DNA of 64,000 nucleotides, taken from contig OZ360222.1 in the NCBI GenBank assembly GCA_977017645.1, forward strand, positions 72,602,001-72,666,000, read 5' to 3'. The stretch comes from Torpedo marmorata (taxonomy: Eukaryota). The translations under genes and the position numbers were made by a program. Positions 23,257 through 37,300 of the stretch are shown here, one piece after another; within the stretch, counting starts at the first letter, position 1; each line of letters opens with the position of its first letter. Below the pieces are notes generated by a model. That model was not told where the DNA came from, ran no database searches, and saw only the letters and a list, made by a program, of their open reading frames with translations.

Positions 23257-25927
23257 TATATGCATGTTGTAATAAACAATTTCAATCCTCTTTTAACTTC
23301 AAACCAAATACAGGGTTATAATTTTGATTTGTTACTATCTTTTATTCTAATCATATTAGTAAAAACAATGGAGAGCAGAGAGTTGCCTAACATTTGTCAG
23401 CATTCTCTCGAAATAGGTAATGTGGGAAAAATTTGTATTATGGGAGTACAAGATAAATTCATTCCTAACCTATAAAATTTGCAAGTAATCAGAGATTCCA
23501 TTCATTCCTACAATACTGATGAAATGTAGCATTATGAATTTTTTAGGAAAAACAAGTGTTGGTAAACAGCTCTTCTTAGTGTCATGAAAGAGATCATAAT
23601 TCCCAAGGATAAAACATAAAGGTAATTTGTTTATATTATCAATGATATCAGACAGTGCAAAGAAAATAGTAATTATTTCATTCTCCCAATGGTGAACAAT
23701 TCATACATAAAATACACAAGGTACGCACAAAAATTAGTCTGAAAACATTACCAAGTATTTGCCTGATGTTAGTATGAATAATATGCATTTTCCCTGAGCA
23801 AAATGAGTTAGAGGCACGTCTTCCTGCTGAACTATTTATTTTGGGAAAGTGCCAAAATATAAATATCTGATGATGTCTCCTCTCCTTGAACCTTGTGCTG
23901 ATAATTGACTGGGGTTCTGGAGGGCCTGTGAAAAGTATTGGAAAAGATCATTCCCAAATATACCTCACTGGACTGTATCATGATGGGCAGCCTTCCAAAG
24001 AGCTACCCAATAGATCTTTAACAAGCTTTGTAAAATTGGATCTCTCTCCCACATTCCTTTTTAATAAAAGCATTTTGATTTTATCCTTTGAGATTATCAA
24101 ATGTGTGACATTCTTGAACCTTAATCCTATGGACCCTGAATCTAATTGTAAAGGTTCCTGTAATTTTTATGCAAAACTTAAGTTCTGTATTTAAGTAGGG
24201 AATGTGTTATTTTCTTTATGCATTCTATATTTCATCTGAAGGAGTTCACTGTGCCCCTAAGGATATTCGAAAGATTAACCCAAAGTTTCCCAAGATTTCA
24301 TATCAGGATGATTGAGGCAAATAGATCAGAGCTCTCTGTAGAAGTTTTTAACAAAATGAGTGATAATCATGAACTCTCAGATCAGTAGAGTATTAATATT
24401 TTATTCTTATGTGCTTGCCATTTCACAGAACAAACTATAATTTCAGAAATTAACGCTGAAAGTACCATGGAATTCATCGTCAGTTGAAGGGAGATAGGGA
24501 TGTGAGGGGTGGGAGTTGTTTTTTCTCTCACTAATATAAAGTTTTGCCAATTTAATAATTGCCAGCAGTTGCTTCTATATTGAAGCTTTTCAGGAAAGTT
24601 TCAGCCAGAACTGTAAGATCAGAATAAAAGACCAAAGGAGGAGTAGAAATCAGATGGTCTTCCAGCTCTTACTCTCTCTAACAACTCTTATTGAAACAAC
24701 AATAAATTCATCTTGGACAGCAGTGCAATGAACTAACAGTTATTCCCCTCTCTGAGATCCACATGGAAAGATAAATAAAGGATGTCTCAAATACTTATTA
24801 TTTTGCATACCAGTGCATTGAGCACTGAGACTCAATGCCAACACTGATATTTAATTTTCAAACGTTTAGTACAGTTGCTGGGGAAAGATGTCAGGATTTC
24901 AAGCAAAGTTTAATTTTCAGCATCCTCCATACAAAACTGCTTCACCTTTGTGATTATTAAATTGTCATGAGTCCACATGTAGAATGGTGACTATGAATTC
25001 TAATTTCAGCCAGAATCATTCCTTTCTGAATAAAATAGATAACAAAATTGGGAGTAAAATGGTGCCACTCTAGTGATCCAGGGTTAAAATGGAAGTCAAG
25101 TGTAATTCAAAAGTTTAGCACAGTTACTGGGGAAAGATGTCAGGATTTGAAGCAAAGTTTACTTTTCAGCATCCTCCATACAAACCTGCTTCACTTTTGT
25201 GATTATTAAATGAGGGGAGCAATTTCTTGGGTTTCCATTATTTTGTATATATTCCCTCTTGTGTTAAATTAAATAGCTCTATCACAGTATCATCCATCTC
25301 TGCCACTTAGGTTTATTATAGTTATTCTAAATCACTAAGCTTGATGTTTCTCGGCTTGAAAGTGCATTTGACCTTCAAGTAAATGGGTGAAAAGAATTGA
25401 ATTGGCCTTTTCATTGCAAAGCAATAACTTTGTCATTAAATTCTGGTCTAGACAGAGTTCCCGCCTACCTTATAAACTAAATGGCTTTGGTAAGTATTAA
25501 CAAACTAACCCTGCAGGTAACAATCGTTGCTTGACCACTGTCATCATGTAGTCTATTAACTTGAGTATTTACAAAGTGTGACCTTCCCCCTCAGTATCAC
25601 AATGTCACCTCTGCTTAGCGTGATTATATCATTGCTGCTTAAAAGGATCATTGGACTTTCAGAAATGACCGATCATCTATAGAGAAAGCATGTTATCTTC
25701 AGGTAAAAACTGAAAATCTGTTCAGCTATTGGTAGAGAAATAATTCAAATAATGATGCTTAGTAATCAGGATCACTGAGCTTATTTTTTAAAAACACTGA
25801 ATATAAAGATTGTTAAACACAGCAGGGGCAATAACCCCAGATAATTTAAGTATATTGAAGAAACACATGTTCAGATTCTTGTGTACATGTGTTTCACATG
25901 CCCTAAAAAGTGGCATGAGTAAATTTC

Positions 25928-26441
25928 GTGCCCCACTCCCATGTTGACATGTCTGTCCATGGCCACATGTACTGTCCCACCAAGACCACCTGTAAATTGG
26001 AGGAGCAACTCTTAATTTTCCGTCTGGGCACTCTCCAACCAGATGGCATTAACATAGACTTCTCCGGTTTTCTGCTAGCCTACTCTCCGTTCTCCCTCCC
26101 TTCCCTTTCCCTTTGTCTTCTTTCCTCCAGCTCTCCACCCCCTTCCCTCTCCATTCACAGAGCCATCCCTCCTCCCCCTGCTTGTTGGTGTGCCCTCCCT
26201 CCCTTATCCAACTATTACCTCCTGCCTTTGGGACTGTGCTCCTCCCCCTGCACCCCACCCCCCACCATTATGTTCGGGCGCCTCCCTACATTTTTTCATA
26301 CCTTGATGAAGGGCTCAAGCCCGAAACATTGGTTATGTATCTTTATCTTTGCTACATAAAGTACACTGTTTGACCTCCTGAGTTTCTCCAGCATTGTGTT
26401 TATACTTCAACCACGGTGACTGCAGACTTTCTTGTTTTACT
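25928..26441 (+). mobile_element. Penelope-like 3' fragment with pseudo-LTR
   Basis: KLEEQLLIFRLGTLQPDGIN (end of GIY-YIG domain), then a CT-rich tract and pLTR. Approximate TSD atga(g/a)taaatt. Confidence 0.85.
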
Positions 26442-26489
26442 ATGAATAAATTCATGCACCTACCTGTATCTGCAACATGAGTTACATAT

Positions 26490-26732
26490 TCCATAGACAT
26501 ACGGCACGGTAACAGGCCATTTCGGCCCACAAGTCTGTGCCGCCCAATTTACACCCAATTAACCTACACCCCCGGTACGTTTCGAACGGTGGGAGGAAAC
26601 CGGAGCCCCCAGGGAAAACCCATGCAGACACGGGGAGAACGTACAAACTCCTTACAGACAGCGCGGGATTCGAACCCCGGTCCCGATCGCTGGCGCTGTA
26701 AAGGCGTTGCGCTAACCGCTACGCCAACCATG
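26490..26732 (-). mobile_element. Young tRNA-derived SINE
   Basis: Minus strand: A box tggcgtagcggttagcgc, B box ggttcgaatccc, CpG-rich, CR1-like 3' end. Confidence 0.88.
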
Positions 26733-26878
26733 TTCTTTATTCTGCAGGGAATATTTGGATATCATTGAGAACCCCAGAGAATCTGTGCAGATATGATCTT
26801 CCAGATGTGCAGTTATGAAAGAAATGAAATAATGATTGCTACTTTACAATTCTAGTCTCAGATATTCACTGATGTCAA

Positions 26879-29800
26879 TATAGCTATTCTAGCAATGAAG
26901 AAAAACAAAGGCAACTACATGGGATTGTGACCCAGACAAATTCAAGTCAGTCAGCTTACTTGTTCCAAAGAGGGCAAGAAAAGGATTAGGAGTCAAATTA
27001 ATATTAAGAACTAAAGACAAGGTACGAAAAATACTTTCCCAATAATTGGAAAGAGAAGAACATGACCAAAACATAATAAACAATGTACCTTCTTCAGTCT
27101 TACATCTATCACATTTTGAAGAAATATTAGAATAGAATTTAGCTAATTGAACTTTGGAGAAGTAAGTTTGATGTACTACTTTAAATTGTAATAATGAGTG
27201 TCGGGCACATAGAGAAGATGAATTTACCAATTTCAAAATAGAATCCCATGTAGCATCCGAAAATAATTGTTGAAAATCTTGCTCCAATAATTTCTTAGTC
27301 TTGTCCAAGAAATTACCTCTAGACAACAATAATAAGTCATAAAGAACTGATATCAATTTTTTATGATTCGGTTTAAAATTATAAATCTTCCCTATCATAT
27401 TTGATTCCATATCTTGAGGGAGTCTCAATACTAAGGAGTTCAAGAAGCTCATAATCTGTAAATATCTAAAGAAATGATGTTTAAATCATTTAAATTGAGA
27501 AGATAGTTGTTCAAAAGAAGCCAAATTTTGATCAATAAAAATATCCTGAAAAGATTGGATACCTAATTCAGACCATTCATGAAAACCAAAATCTTTTACT
27601 GAAGGTAAAAAAAAAGAATTAGCTAAAAGGGGACTGACTAGTAAAAATCTATGGTAACCAACGTGTTTTCTAAATTGAAACCAAATTCTCAACATATGTT
27701 TAACAACAAAATTATCAGTTAATCTAGAGGCAGAAAAAGGTAATGATGCTCCAACTAACGAAATAAGAGAATACTTCTTAGTAGATTCGGTTTCTATATT
27801 AATCCATCTTGCAGCATCCTGTCTATCATTATGATGAATCCAAAAAGTAATATATCTAATATTAGCTGCCCAATAATAAAATCTAAAATTAGGCAGTGCC
27901 AAACCCCCTTTCTTTTTAGGGTTTTGAAGGAGAGTTTTATTAAGACGGGGGTGTTTATTTTTCCAAACAAAAGAAGATATAATTGAATCAAGCAAATCGA
28001 AAAATGTTTTGGGAGCAAAAACAGGTACAGCTTGAAAAATATATATGAACTTGGGTAGGATATTCATCTTAATAATATTAATGCATCCAATTGAGGACAT
28101 TGAAAGAGAAGACCATTGAGCTAAGGAATTCTTGACATGATTCATTAAGGTAAGAAAGTTCTCATTGAACAAATTATTGAAGTTCTTAGTAACGGTAACA
28201 CCTAAATAATTAAATTGATTTTTAGCAATTTTAAAAGGAACAGCAAAGTATAGAGAGCTAGAAGAATTCAAAACAAACATCTCACTTTTATTGAGATTTC
28301 ATTTATATCCTGAAAATTGACCAAATTGATGAAGGAGTGATAAAATGGCTGGAATCGAATGATCAAGGTCAGATATATACAATAGAAGGTCATTTGCATA
28401 TAGAGAGACCTTATGAACATTCCCACCTCTTATAATTCCAGAGATATCATCAGATTGCTGAAAGGCCACCGCTAATGGTTCTAATGCCAAATTAAATAAT
28501 AATGGGCTTAAAGGGAAACCTTGTCTAGTTTCACGGTGAAGTTTGAAAGGTTTGGATTTAATTGAATTAGTGAAAATTGAAGATAAGTATATTAATTTAA
28601 TCCAATTAATAAATTTAGGACCAAAGTTAAATTTCTCTAACATGTTAAATAAGTAATCCCATTCTACTCTGTCAAATGCTTTTTCAGCATCCAATGAAAT
28701 AATACAGGCAACAGATATTAAATTGTGAATAACGACCCTTGATAAAACCAGTTTGATCTTCAGAGATAATAAGGGGCATAATATTTTCTCACCTACGGCC
28801 AAAATCTTAGACAGTATCTTAGTATCGGAATTCAAGAGGGAAATTGCCTATAGGAAGAACAATCAGAAGGATCATTATTCTTTTTAGGAATAAGAGAGAT
28901 TGAAGCTTCATAAAAAGTATCCGGTAATTTCCCAGTACCAAGGATTCAGAAAGAACCGAATCCAAATGAGGTATTAATAAATGGGAAAAAGTCTTATAAA
29001 ACTCTGCTGGGAAACCATCGGGACCAGAAACTTTGCCGGTCTGCAAAGAGTTAATTGTTGCAGGAATCTCCTCAGAAGAAATAGGCTTCTCCAACAGTAA
29101 CTGATTCTTTGAAGATAATGAAGGAATAATCAAATTATCCAAAAAATTCATTACAGAAGTTGAACCTTTAGTCGATTCAGTACTGTAAAGCTTAGAATAA
29201 ATCTCAACATGATCAGTAGTAATCACTCCATCGTCTTTACTGATCTCTGAAATAAGCCATTTAGCTGTATAGTTTTTAATTTGGCTGGCTAAAAGCTTCC
29301 CAGCCTTATCTCCATGTATATAGAACTTAGATGTACTTTTCAAAAGTTGGGTCTGTATAGGGTAAGTGAGAAGTAAATCATGTCTAGTTTTAAGTTCGTC
29401 CCTCTTTTTAAAAAGCTCAGGTTTTGGAGTTAAGGCATATTGTTGATCAATGCACTTCAGCTGGTTGGCTAGTTCTTCTCTCTCTGAATTAGCACTCTAT
29501 TTTACTTTAGCCATAAAAGAGATTATTTGACCTCTAATATAGGTTTTAAAACAATCCCAGATTACCAAGCCAGAGACCTCAGAGGAGGAATTGTTATAAA
29601 AAAAAAAGGCAATTTGATCTTTCATGAATTTCAAAAAATCCGGATCAGACAATAAAATAGGATTCAAACGCCACTGCTTCGTGGTTCTGGGTAATAGATA
29701 AAACCACCGGAGAATGATCTGAAATTATTATACACTCATATTTACAAGAATCAACAAGTGGAATTAATTGTTGGTCTGTGAGGAAATAATCATTCCGTGA

Positions 29801-30321
29801 GTAAGTATGATGTACATTAGAGAAAAAAGAGAATTCCTTATCACTAGGATGGAGAAATCTCCAAATATCTATAATACTAGACTGTAACATAAATGAGTTA
29901 ATAAGTATAGCTATATTGATGAGATGGAAAGATGCTGTCCCTCCTACATATACCCAGTGGCTCTCTGGTGTGATGGCATGTCTGACTTTGGAAAAAATTA
30001 GATGTTCTACTACTGAAATGAAATTTAACTTTGTAAGTTTATGGGGTCCTTATTTTCATAATTTATAAGGCTTCTTAGATCTTGTTTAGTGATTTGGTTG
30101 TTTTCTCTTTCACAGTAGTGGAGCATGTATGTTTAACCAACAACTTCATAAGGGTGGGGTTAGATTATTAGTATAATTTTCTTTTTCTGCTTTTTGGTTT
30201 TATATCATGGGTTATTTGTAGTTATATGTACCAATATAGTTATTTTGTTGGATATTTACTTTTATTATTATTACCTGTGTATCATTTACTGTTAAAACTC
30301 AATAAAAATATTAAAAGAGAA
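26879..30321. mobile_element. L1-clade LINE with 5' inversion (minus 26879-29905, plus 29907-30321)
   Basis: Minus-strand EN (ISDHSP), RT (SLDAEKAFDRVEW, RQGFPLSPLLF, LYANDL) and CCHC region. Plus-strand C-terminus and A-rich tail. 19-bp TSD agatattcactgatgtcaa at 26860-26878 and 30322-30340. Confidence 0.92.
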
Positions 30322-32260
30322 AGATATTCACTGATGTCAAGGGAACAATTGTGTAAGCCAGAAATGGTAAAAGCACCTTCTGTCCATCGTGGGTGGGCTC
30401 ACCTTCAACCAGAATACAATTCAAAATAGACAGAGATGATAGCAATCATGGATCTTGATGATGGTCATCAATATTTTGTCCTGGAGGCAGGGATTAAAAC
30501 ACAGTTTTATAAGCTTCTGCTCCTTGTTTTTTCCAAAGCCTTGAGAACATATGAAATAGGCCATTCAGCCCTCATGTTATTAAATAAAATCATTTAATTC
30601 AAAATCACTTTCCTGTATCCCTTGATTCTCTTAATATTCATTGTGTGGCATATGAGACACCTTAGTCATTTTCTGACATAATAATTTCCAGAGTGACTAC
30701 TTAACTGGCCCATATCCAAAAACATCCCTGAGAAAAATATATGAGAAATGTATTAACTAATCAGATCCAAAATTTGCCGATTAGAAGGTCAATCAGTACC
30801 TGCCAATGTGTATCGCTTAGTGTTTTTTTGTAAATAAATCTAAAATCTTTGCTCTCATATTTATAATGGCTGATATATATCAGATCATTAAAGATATAAT
30901 AGCAAGACAATATATTTATTTTGCACTGAGCTTTACAAAATTACTAGTTGCCGTTGTTTCCCTTTTCCCCTCTAATTCCAAATATGACCTTACTGCAGTT
31001 TTGAAAAGTTAAGGAATATCTTTATTGTCCTGGACATGGAGATTTCCCAATATTAGGATAACATCTGAATTACCAAACAATGCTAAAAATTGATGGCTGG
31101 CATGCACACGATAGGAGATTTATTCACGATACAAGAACGAATTTAAAGATTAATTAGTTCAATATTACTGGTGGATCCAATTCTCTATCATTCTAGCTGA
31201 CTTCCTTATTTTGTGGTTAGTTGCAGTTCTTTTGTAATATTGTAAATTTTGTTCCTCTTGTATATGTCCATAGTGCTAACATATCTGCTAAATTTCAAGG
31301 TAAAATGAATTTTGTTGAGCTATTTATTGAAAGAGGCAATTGTTTGTTGAGGATCACACTCAATGCAACGTTTGTCTTCCAGAGTTTTATGCTTGTCATA
31401 TTTTGTCATTATACAACAACAGATGGGTGAGGTTAGGGTAGTGGCTAGAGTGAAGAATCAGTTCATGGTTTGAATCCTCATGCTTTCTTTGCTGCTGAAA
31501 ATTCACCAAGAAATGTAACAACCTCACACGTAATGGCTTCACATCACAAAACACAAAAGACATTGAAAATATTAAATTCTATTTCAAATAGGGGAAAATC
31601 ACTTCATCTTCCACCTGGATACTTTGCAGCCTTCTGAACTCAATTTTTGAATTTTACAACTTCTGGTAACTTACTTTTACTGCCTGTGTCAGTTATTAAT
31701 CCACTATATTGACTCAGTTTGTTTGTTTCCCCTGCCCCCACACTTTTTTCTTTTTTTCAGGAAGTGAAGGACATGCCCAGCCTAACCTGCCAGGCATGCC
31801 TTTCTGCTCTGCATTTTGCAACTCCTACATACCTCTGTCTAGCTTCTCACTTTCTAACTGTTCCCAGTCACTCATTCAGCAGAGAACCTTGTTTACAGTT
31901 TATTTACATGCCCTCCTTGATTTACCTAATCATTTATATCTCCGTCCACCAACTCCTTGCTGCTTAACAGGCTACTGTTCTCTCCTTCCCAGTTCTGATG
32001 ACAGAAAGATTTAAGATTTGCTTTATAATGCAGCACAAGTCTTGTGAGAATGAGTGAACATTACTTTCCTGCAGCATTCTCTGTCATAGGTAGTGGGCCT
32101 TCTTGTAATTTGGCATTAGCACGGTGGCTTGGCATCCTCAGGATGCACTGAATGGCCATGACATTGTGGCTCATGTGTGTCAGAGTGTAATGTCTCAGGA
32201 ATGCTTTGTCTCATAGCCACCACAGATGTGTGATGCAATTACTACTTTGTGAGTCTAGAC

Positions 32261-32635
32261 CAGTGGTTTTCAAACTGCCCCCTTAAACTCACATTCCATC
32301 TTAAACAATCCCTATGCCATAAGTGCTCTGTGATTAGTAAGGGATTGCTTAAGATGGTATATAAGTGGAAAGAAAAAGTTTGAAAACCACTGTTTTAATC
32401 GTACCTAATTGGCTCGTTATGTGCACGGTTTCATAACTCCAAAGGAAATGGGCCAATGACAATTTTTCTCAAGCAATATATTTCAGTAACAATTGGGTCC
32501 AGAGCAGTCGTTCTCAACCTTCCCTTCCCACTCACATACCACCTTAAGCAATCCCTTACTAATCACAGGGCACTTATGGCATAGGGATTGCTTAAGGTGG
32601 AATGTGAGTTTAGGGGGGCAGTTTGAAAACCACTG
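32261..32635. mobile_element. hAT MITE, second copy (inverted relative to 18279-18652)
   Basis: TIRs cagtggttttcaaactgcccc, with 8-bp TSD gtctagac at 32253-32260 and 32636-32643. Confidence 0.92.
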
Positions 32636-32648
32636 GTCTAGACAGATA

Positions 32649-33364
32649 CAGTAAAACCTCTGGTATCCGGCATCTACCAATCCCTGTAGTTTCCGGTTGC
32701 TTGAGACTCACTCTTACAATTCCTAACTAATATACCTGCATTAAGAAAAAGCAGTTTAAAAGACAAAAATACTATACTGTACTTACACTGAACAAACTTC
32801 ACTTGCATGCATATACTGTATAAACCTTAAAGAATTTTACTTTATTTTCAGTCGCATTCTTTGAATACATTTAACCGTCGCAGGTTCCTCCCCCTCCACG
32901 GAGCCACCTGAAAGAAGAACAATAACTGTAGATAATTAACCCCCCCTCCCCTAAGTTTACAGATAAAGCCTTTCTAATATACTTAATAATATATTAATAA
33001 AGATAAAGACTCTTACTAAGCAGGGATAAGAAGAAACTTTAAGAGAGTCACCCCAATGGTGAGCGGCTTCAACCAGCTCTTCATCCTGGGCGATACCATT
33101 GCTGTTTCACATAACTTTATTCAAACAGCTGCTATGAGCATAGCACAACCAAGGCACTCACTGGCTGAATATTTGCTCCCATCTTCACCAAAGATTTATG
33201 TGTTACTTCAGAGAGCATTTACATTTAAAATTTTAAACGTGTAATTACATTTTTATTTATTCTTATTTATTCTAATTTTTTATTTATTTATTTTCCTTGA
33301 TTTTTTTTTGCCGGTTGCTTGAGGTTGCCTGTTGCTTGAATTCCAGATAACAGGGGTTTTACTG
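32649..33364. mobile_element. Tigger-like non-autonomous DNA transposon
   Basis: TA-cagtaaaacc...ggttttactg-TA. Internal sequence matches the reverse complement of 21850-23256. Confidence 0.85.
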
Positions 33365-34329
33365 TATATTGATAGCAAAGGCTTAGAATCAGAATCCGAA
33401 TCCGAATTTATTTGTATGAACAAGTCACGAAATTCGTTGTTTTGCGGCAGCATCACAGTGCAAACATTCATATAAACCACCATACAACAATAAATAAAAA
33501 TAGTGCATGAAAAGTCAAAGTAAGGCAGTGTCTGTGGTTCGTTGTTCATTCAGGAATCTGATGGCAGCGGGGAAGAAGCTGTTCTTGTGCCACTGAGTGC
33601 TCGTCTTTAGGCTCCTGTACCTTTTTCCCGATGGTAGCAGAGTGAAGAGGGCATGGCCTGGATGGTGGGGATCCTTGAGCATAGAGGCTGCTTTCTTAAG
33701 ACACCGCCTCTTGTAGACGTGCTCGACGGAGTGAAATCTGGTGCCCGTGATGATGCAGGCCAAGTTAACAATGCTCTGGAGTTTTTTCTTGTCCTGAGCG
33801 TTGGCACCTCCGTACCAGACAGTGATGCAACCAGCCAGAATGCTCTCCATGGTACACCTGTAGAAGTTTTTGAAAGTCTTCGGTGGCACACCGAATCTAC
33901 TCAAACACCTCACAAAGTATAGCCGCTGGCAAGTATTCTTCATGATTGCATCGACATGGAGGTTCCAGGACAGATCCTCGGAGATGTTGACACCCGGGAA
34001 TTTGAAGTTCTTGCCCCTCTCCCCTACTGATCCCTCGATGATGACTGGATCGTGTTCTCCTGACTTCCTCCTTTTTAAAAAAAATATTTTATTTAAAATT
34101 TTAAATCACAAAATGCATAAAGTAAAATATGAAATTATCAAAATACGTGATACATTTTCAGCCCCCCTCCCTCCCTTCCCTCCCTAACCCTCCCATCCCT
34201 ACTAATCTAATAAAATTAAAATAAAAAGAAAAGAAAAAGATAGAATAAGGAGAATGTCAATCTAAAAAATACATCTATAACTAATTTTATTCTGGAGGAT
34301 AGGTTCGCCAGTTAGATCCGATGTCCAGA

Positions 34330-37300
34330 GATCTTCAAATCCTCAAACCAACAGCCTTCATATATGGGCTCCATATTTTCAAAAAGAAATGATATTTATT
34401 ACGTAAATTATAAGTAATTTTTCAAGTGGTATGCATGAACGAAGTTCTGCATGCCATCTCTCTAACCCTAAATCTACATCAGATTTCCATATAATAGCAA
34501 TATACTTCTTAGAAACTGCTAAAGCAATTCGAAAAAATTCTATTTGATACATATTTAATTTCATCTTAATACTAACTCTTTTAATATCTCCAAACAAAAA
34601 TATCATAGGGTCCATTGGGAATGTAATTTTTAATACTTTATCTAAAAACTTTTTAACTTTCAACCAAAAATCTTAAACCTTTGGACAAAACCATGTAGAG
34701 TATACAAAAGAACCTTCCTCTCTATTACATCTAAAACATAAGCCTGATAATGTCGCATTAAATTTCTTTAATTTTTTAGGCGTTAAATATAATTGATGAA
34801 AAAAATTATATTGAACTAATCTATATCTAACGTTAATAATCTTCGTCATACTTAGTTTACATAATTCTTTCCAATGTTCTTCATCTATTGTTACATTCAA
34901 ATCTGATTCCCATTTTAATCTTGATTTATGAATTCCTACTTAGGGATTTTCCTCTGAAACAGTCTATACATTTGAGAAATAAATTTATTTACACCTCTGT
35001 TAGTAACTAATAATTCTAATTCACTCTGTCTTGGTAAAGTCAAATTATAACCTAATTTCCCAACTGAAAATGCTCTAATTTGATAATAAGCAAAAAGTGT
35101 ATTATTCAATACATTAAACTTTTCTTTGAAAAGTAATAAATGTACCAGCTTCAAAACAATCATTTATTTTTTTAGTTCCCTTTTGGAACCAAATTTTAAA
35201 TAATTGATTATCAACAGTAAATGGAATAAGTTTATTTTGATATAAAGGCATTTTTCGAGAAATTAACCCTTTCCCTCCTATATCCCTATCCATTCTATTC
35301 CATATTTCTAACAAATGTTTAAAAATAGGAGAATTTTTCCCTCTTAAATAATAATTTAGAATTCCATTTATAAATAACTTCTTCTTTCAGATCTTCTCCT
35401 ATATTATTTAATTCTATTCTTATCCAAGCAGAAGACTTAACTAAATCAAACAATTCATTAACAAATTTTAATTGAGCTGCTCTATAATAATTTTGAAAAT
35501 TAGGAAGTTGCAAACCACCCATTTCATATTTTCAAGTTAACTTCTCCATACCTAGTCTAGCCAACTTTCCTTTCCACAAAAACTTCCTAATAATTGAATT
35601 TAAATCTTTAAAAAATTTCAAAGGGATTTCATAAGGAATTGATTGAAAAAGATATTGAATTCTTGGAAAGACATTCATCTTAATACAATTTACCCTTCCT
35701 ATTAGAGTTATAGGTAAATCCTTCCAACTTTCTAAATCTTTTTTAATTTTCATAAATAATGGTAAATAATTTAATTTATACAGATTATTTAATTTTGTAT
35801 CAATCTTTATTCCCAAATATTTAATTCCTTCCTTTGACCATTTAAATTGTGTAATTTCTTTACATTTACTATAATCCCCTTGTGTTAATGTCATAATTTC
35901 ACTTTTATCAGAATTAATCTTATAACCATATTCTCTCAATAAAACTGTCAATTGCATTAAAGAAGTAATAGGTTTTGTCATATAAATCAATACATCATCT
36001 GCAAATAAACTAATTTTATGCTCTTCCCTTCCAACTTTAATACCTACAATCTTAATATCTTGTCTAATTAATTCTGCCAAAGCTTCTATTGCTAAAATAA
36101 ACAATGCTGGCGACAAAGGACATCCTTGTCTAGTTGATCTAGTCAAAGAAAATTTTGAAGAAATTTGTCCATTTGTCACCACTTTAGCAGATTGTTCTTT
36201 ATATATAGTTTTAATCCAATTAATAAATGTAGTTCCAAAACCAAATTTCCCCAATACCTTAAATAAATAATTCCAGTCTCATCTATCAAAAGCCTTTTCA
36301 GCATCTAATGTTAATACTAATGCTAAATGCTCTTTCTTTTTTTCCACATTAATTAAACTAATTAATCTAGCTATATTATCCTTTGAATATCCTTAATAAA
36401 ACCGGCTTGATCTACATGGATTAAATCTGGTAAATAATTAGCCACTCTATTTGCTAAAATTTTTGCCATTATCTTGTAATCCATATTTAACAATGAAATT
36501 GGTCTATATGATTCTGTTTTCAACACATCTCTATCTTTTTTAGGTATAACTGTAATTATTGCATTCGAAAATGTTTCCAGTAACGAATGAGATTCCGTTA
36601 TTTGTTTCAACACATCCATATATGGAGGTATCAATAAATCTTTAAACTCCTTATAAAATTCTGATGGGAAACCGTCTTCCCCTGGAGATTTACCACTCAT
36701 TAAAGAACTAAGAACCTCATTAACTTCCCTCATTGAAAAAGACGAATCTAAAAATTCTTTGCTTTGAGAATTTAATCTAGGTATCTTAATTTTAGATAGA
36801 AATTCATTAATTTTAGAATCATCTTCATCAATCTGAGATTTAAATAAATTCAAATAATAATCCTTAAAAGAATCATTTATTTCTCGAGGTTTATATGTTA
36901 TTTTCTTAGAATTCTTTTTTATAGCATTTATAGTTCTAGAAGTTTGATCTTTCTTTAGTTGCCACGCCAACACTTTATGTGCTCTTTCTCCTAATTCATA
37001 ATATCTTTGCTTAGTTCTTTCAATTAATTTTTCCATTTTATATGTTTGTAACAAATTATAATGCAATTTTTTCCCAACTAAATTTTTCCTCTTTTCTTCT
37101 GATCTCTTTTTTTGCAAGTCCTTCTCCAAAAATGCAATCTCCCTCTCCAAATTATCCACCTCCCGAACATAATCCTTCTTAATTTTTGCTGAATAACTTA
37201 TTATTTGACCTCTTAACGCTTCCCAAATAATAAATTTATTATCAGTCGAATTAGAACTTATTCATAAAAATTCCTGAATTTCTCTTCTTATATAATCACA

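Noticed and set aside
26660-26732. tRNA gene
   Set aside because: The A and B boxes belong to a SINE head followed by SINE body and tail. I see no complete cloverleaf.
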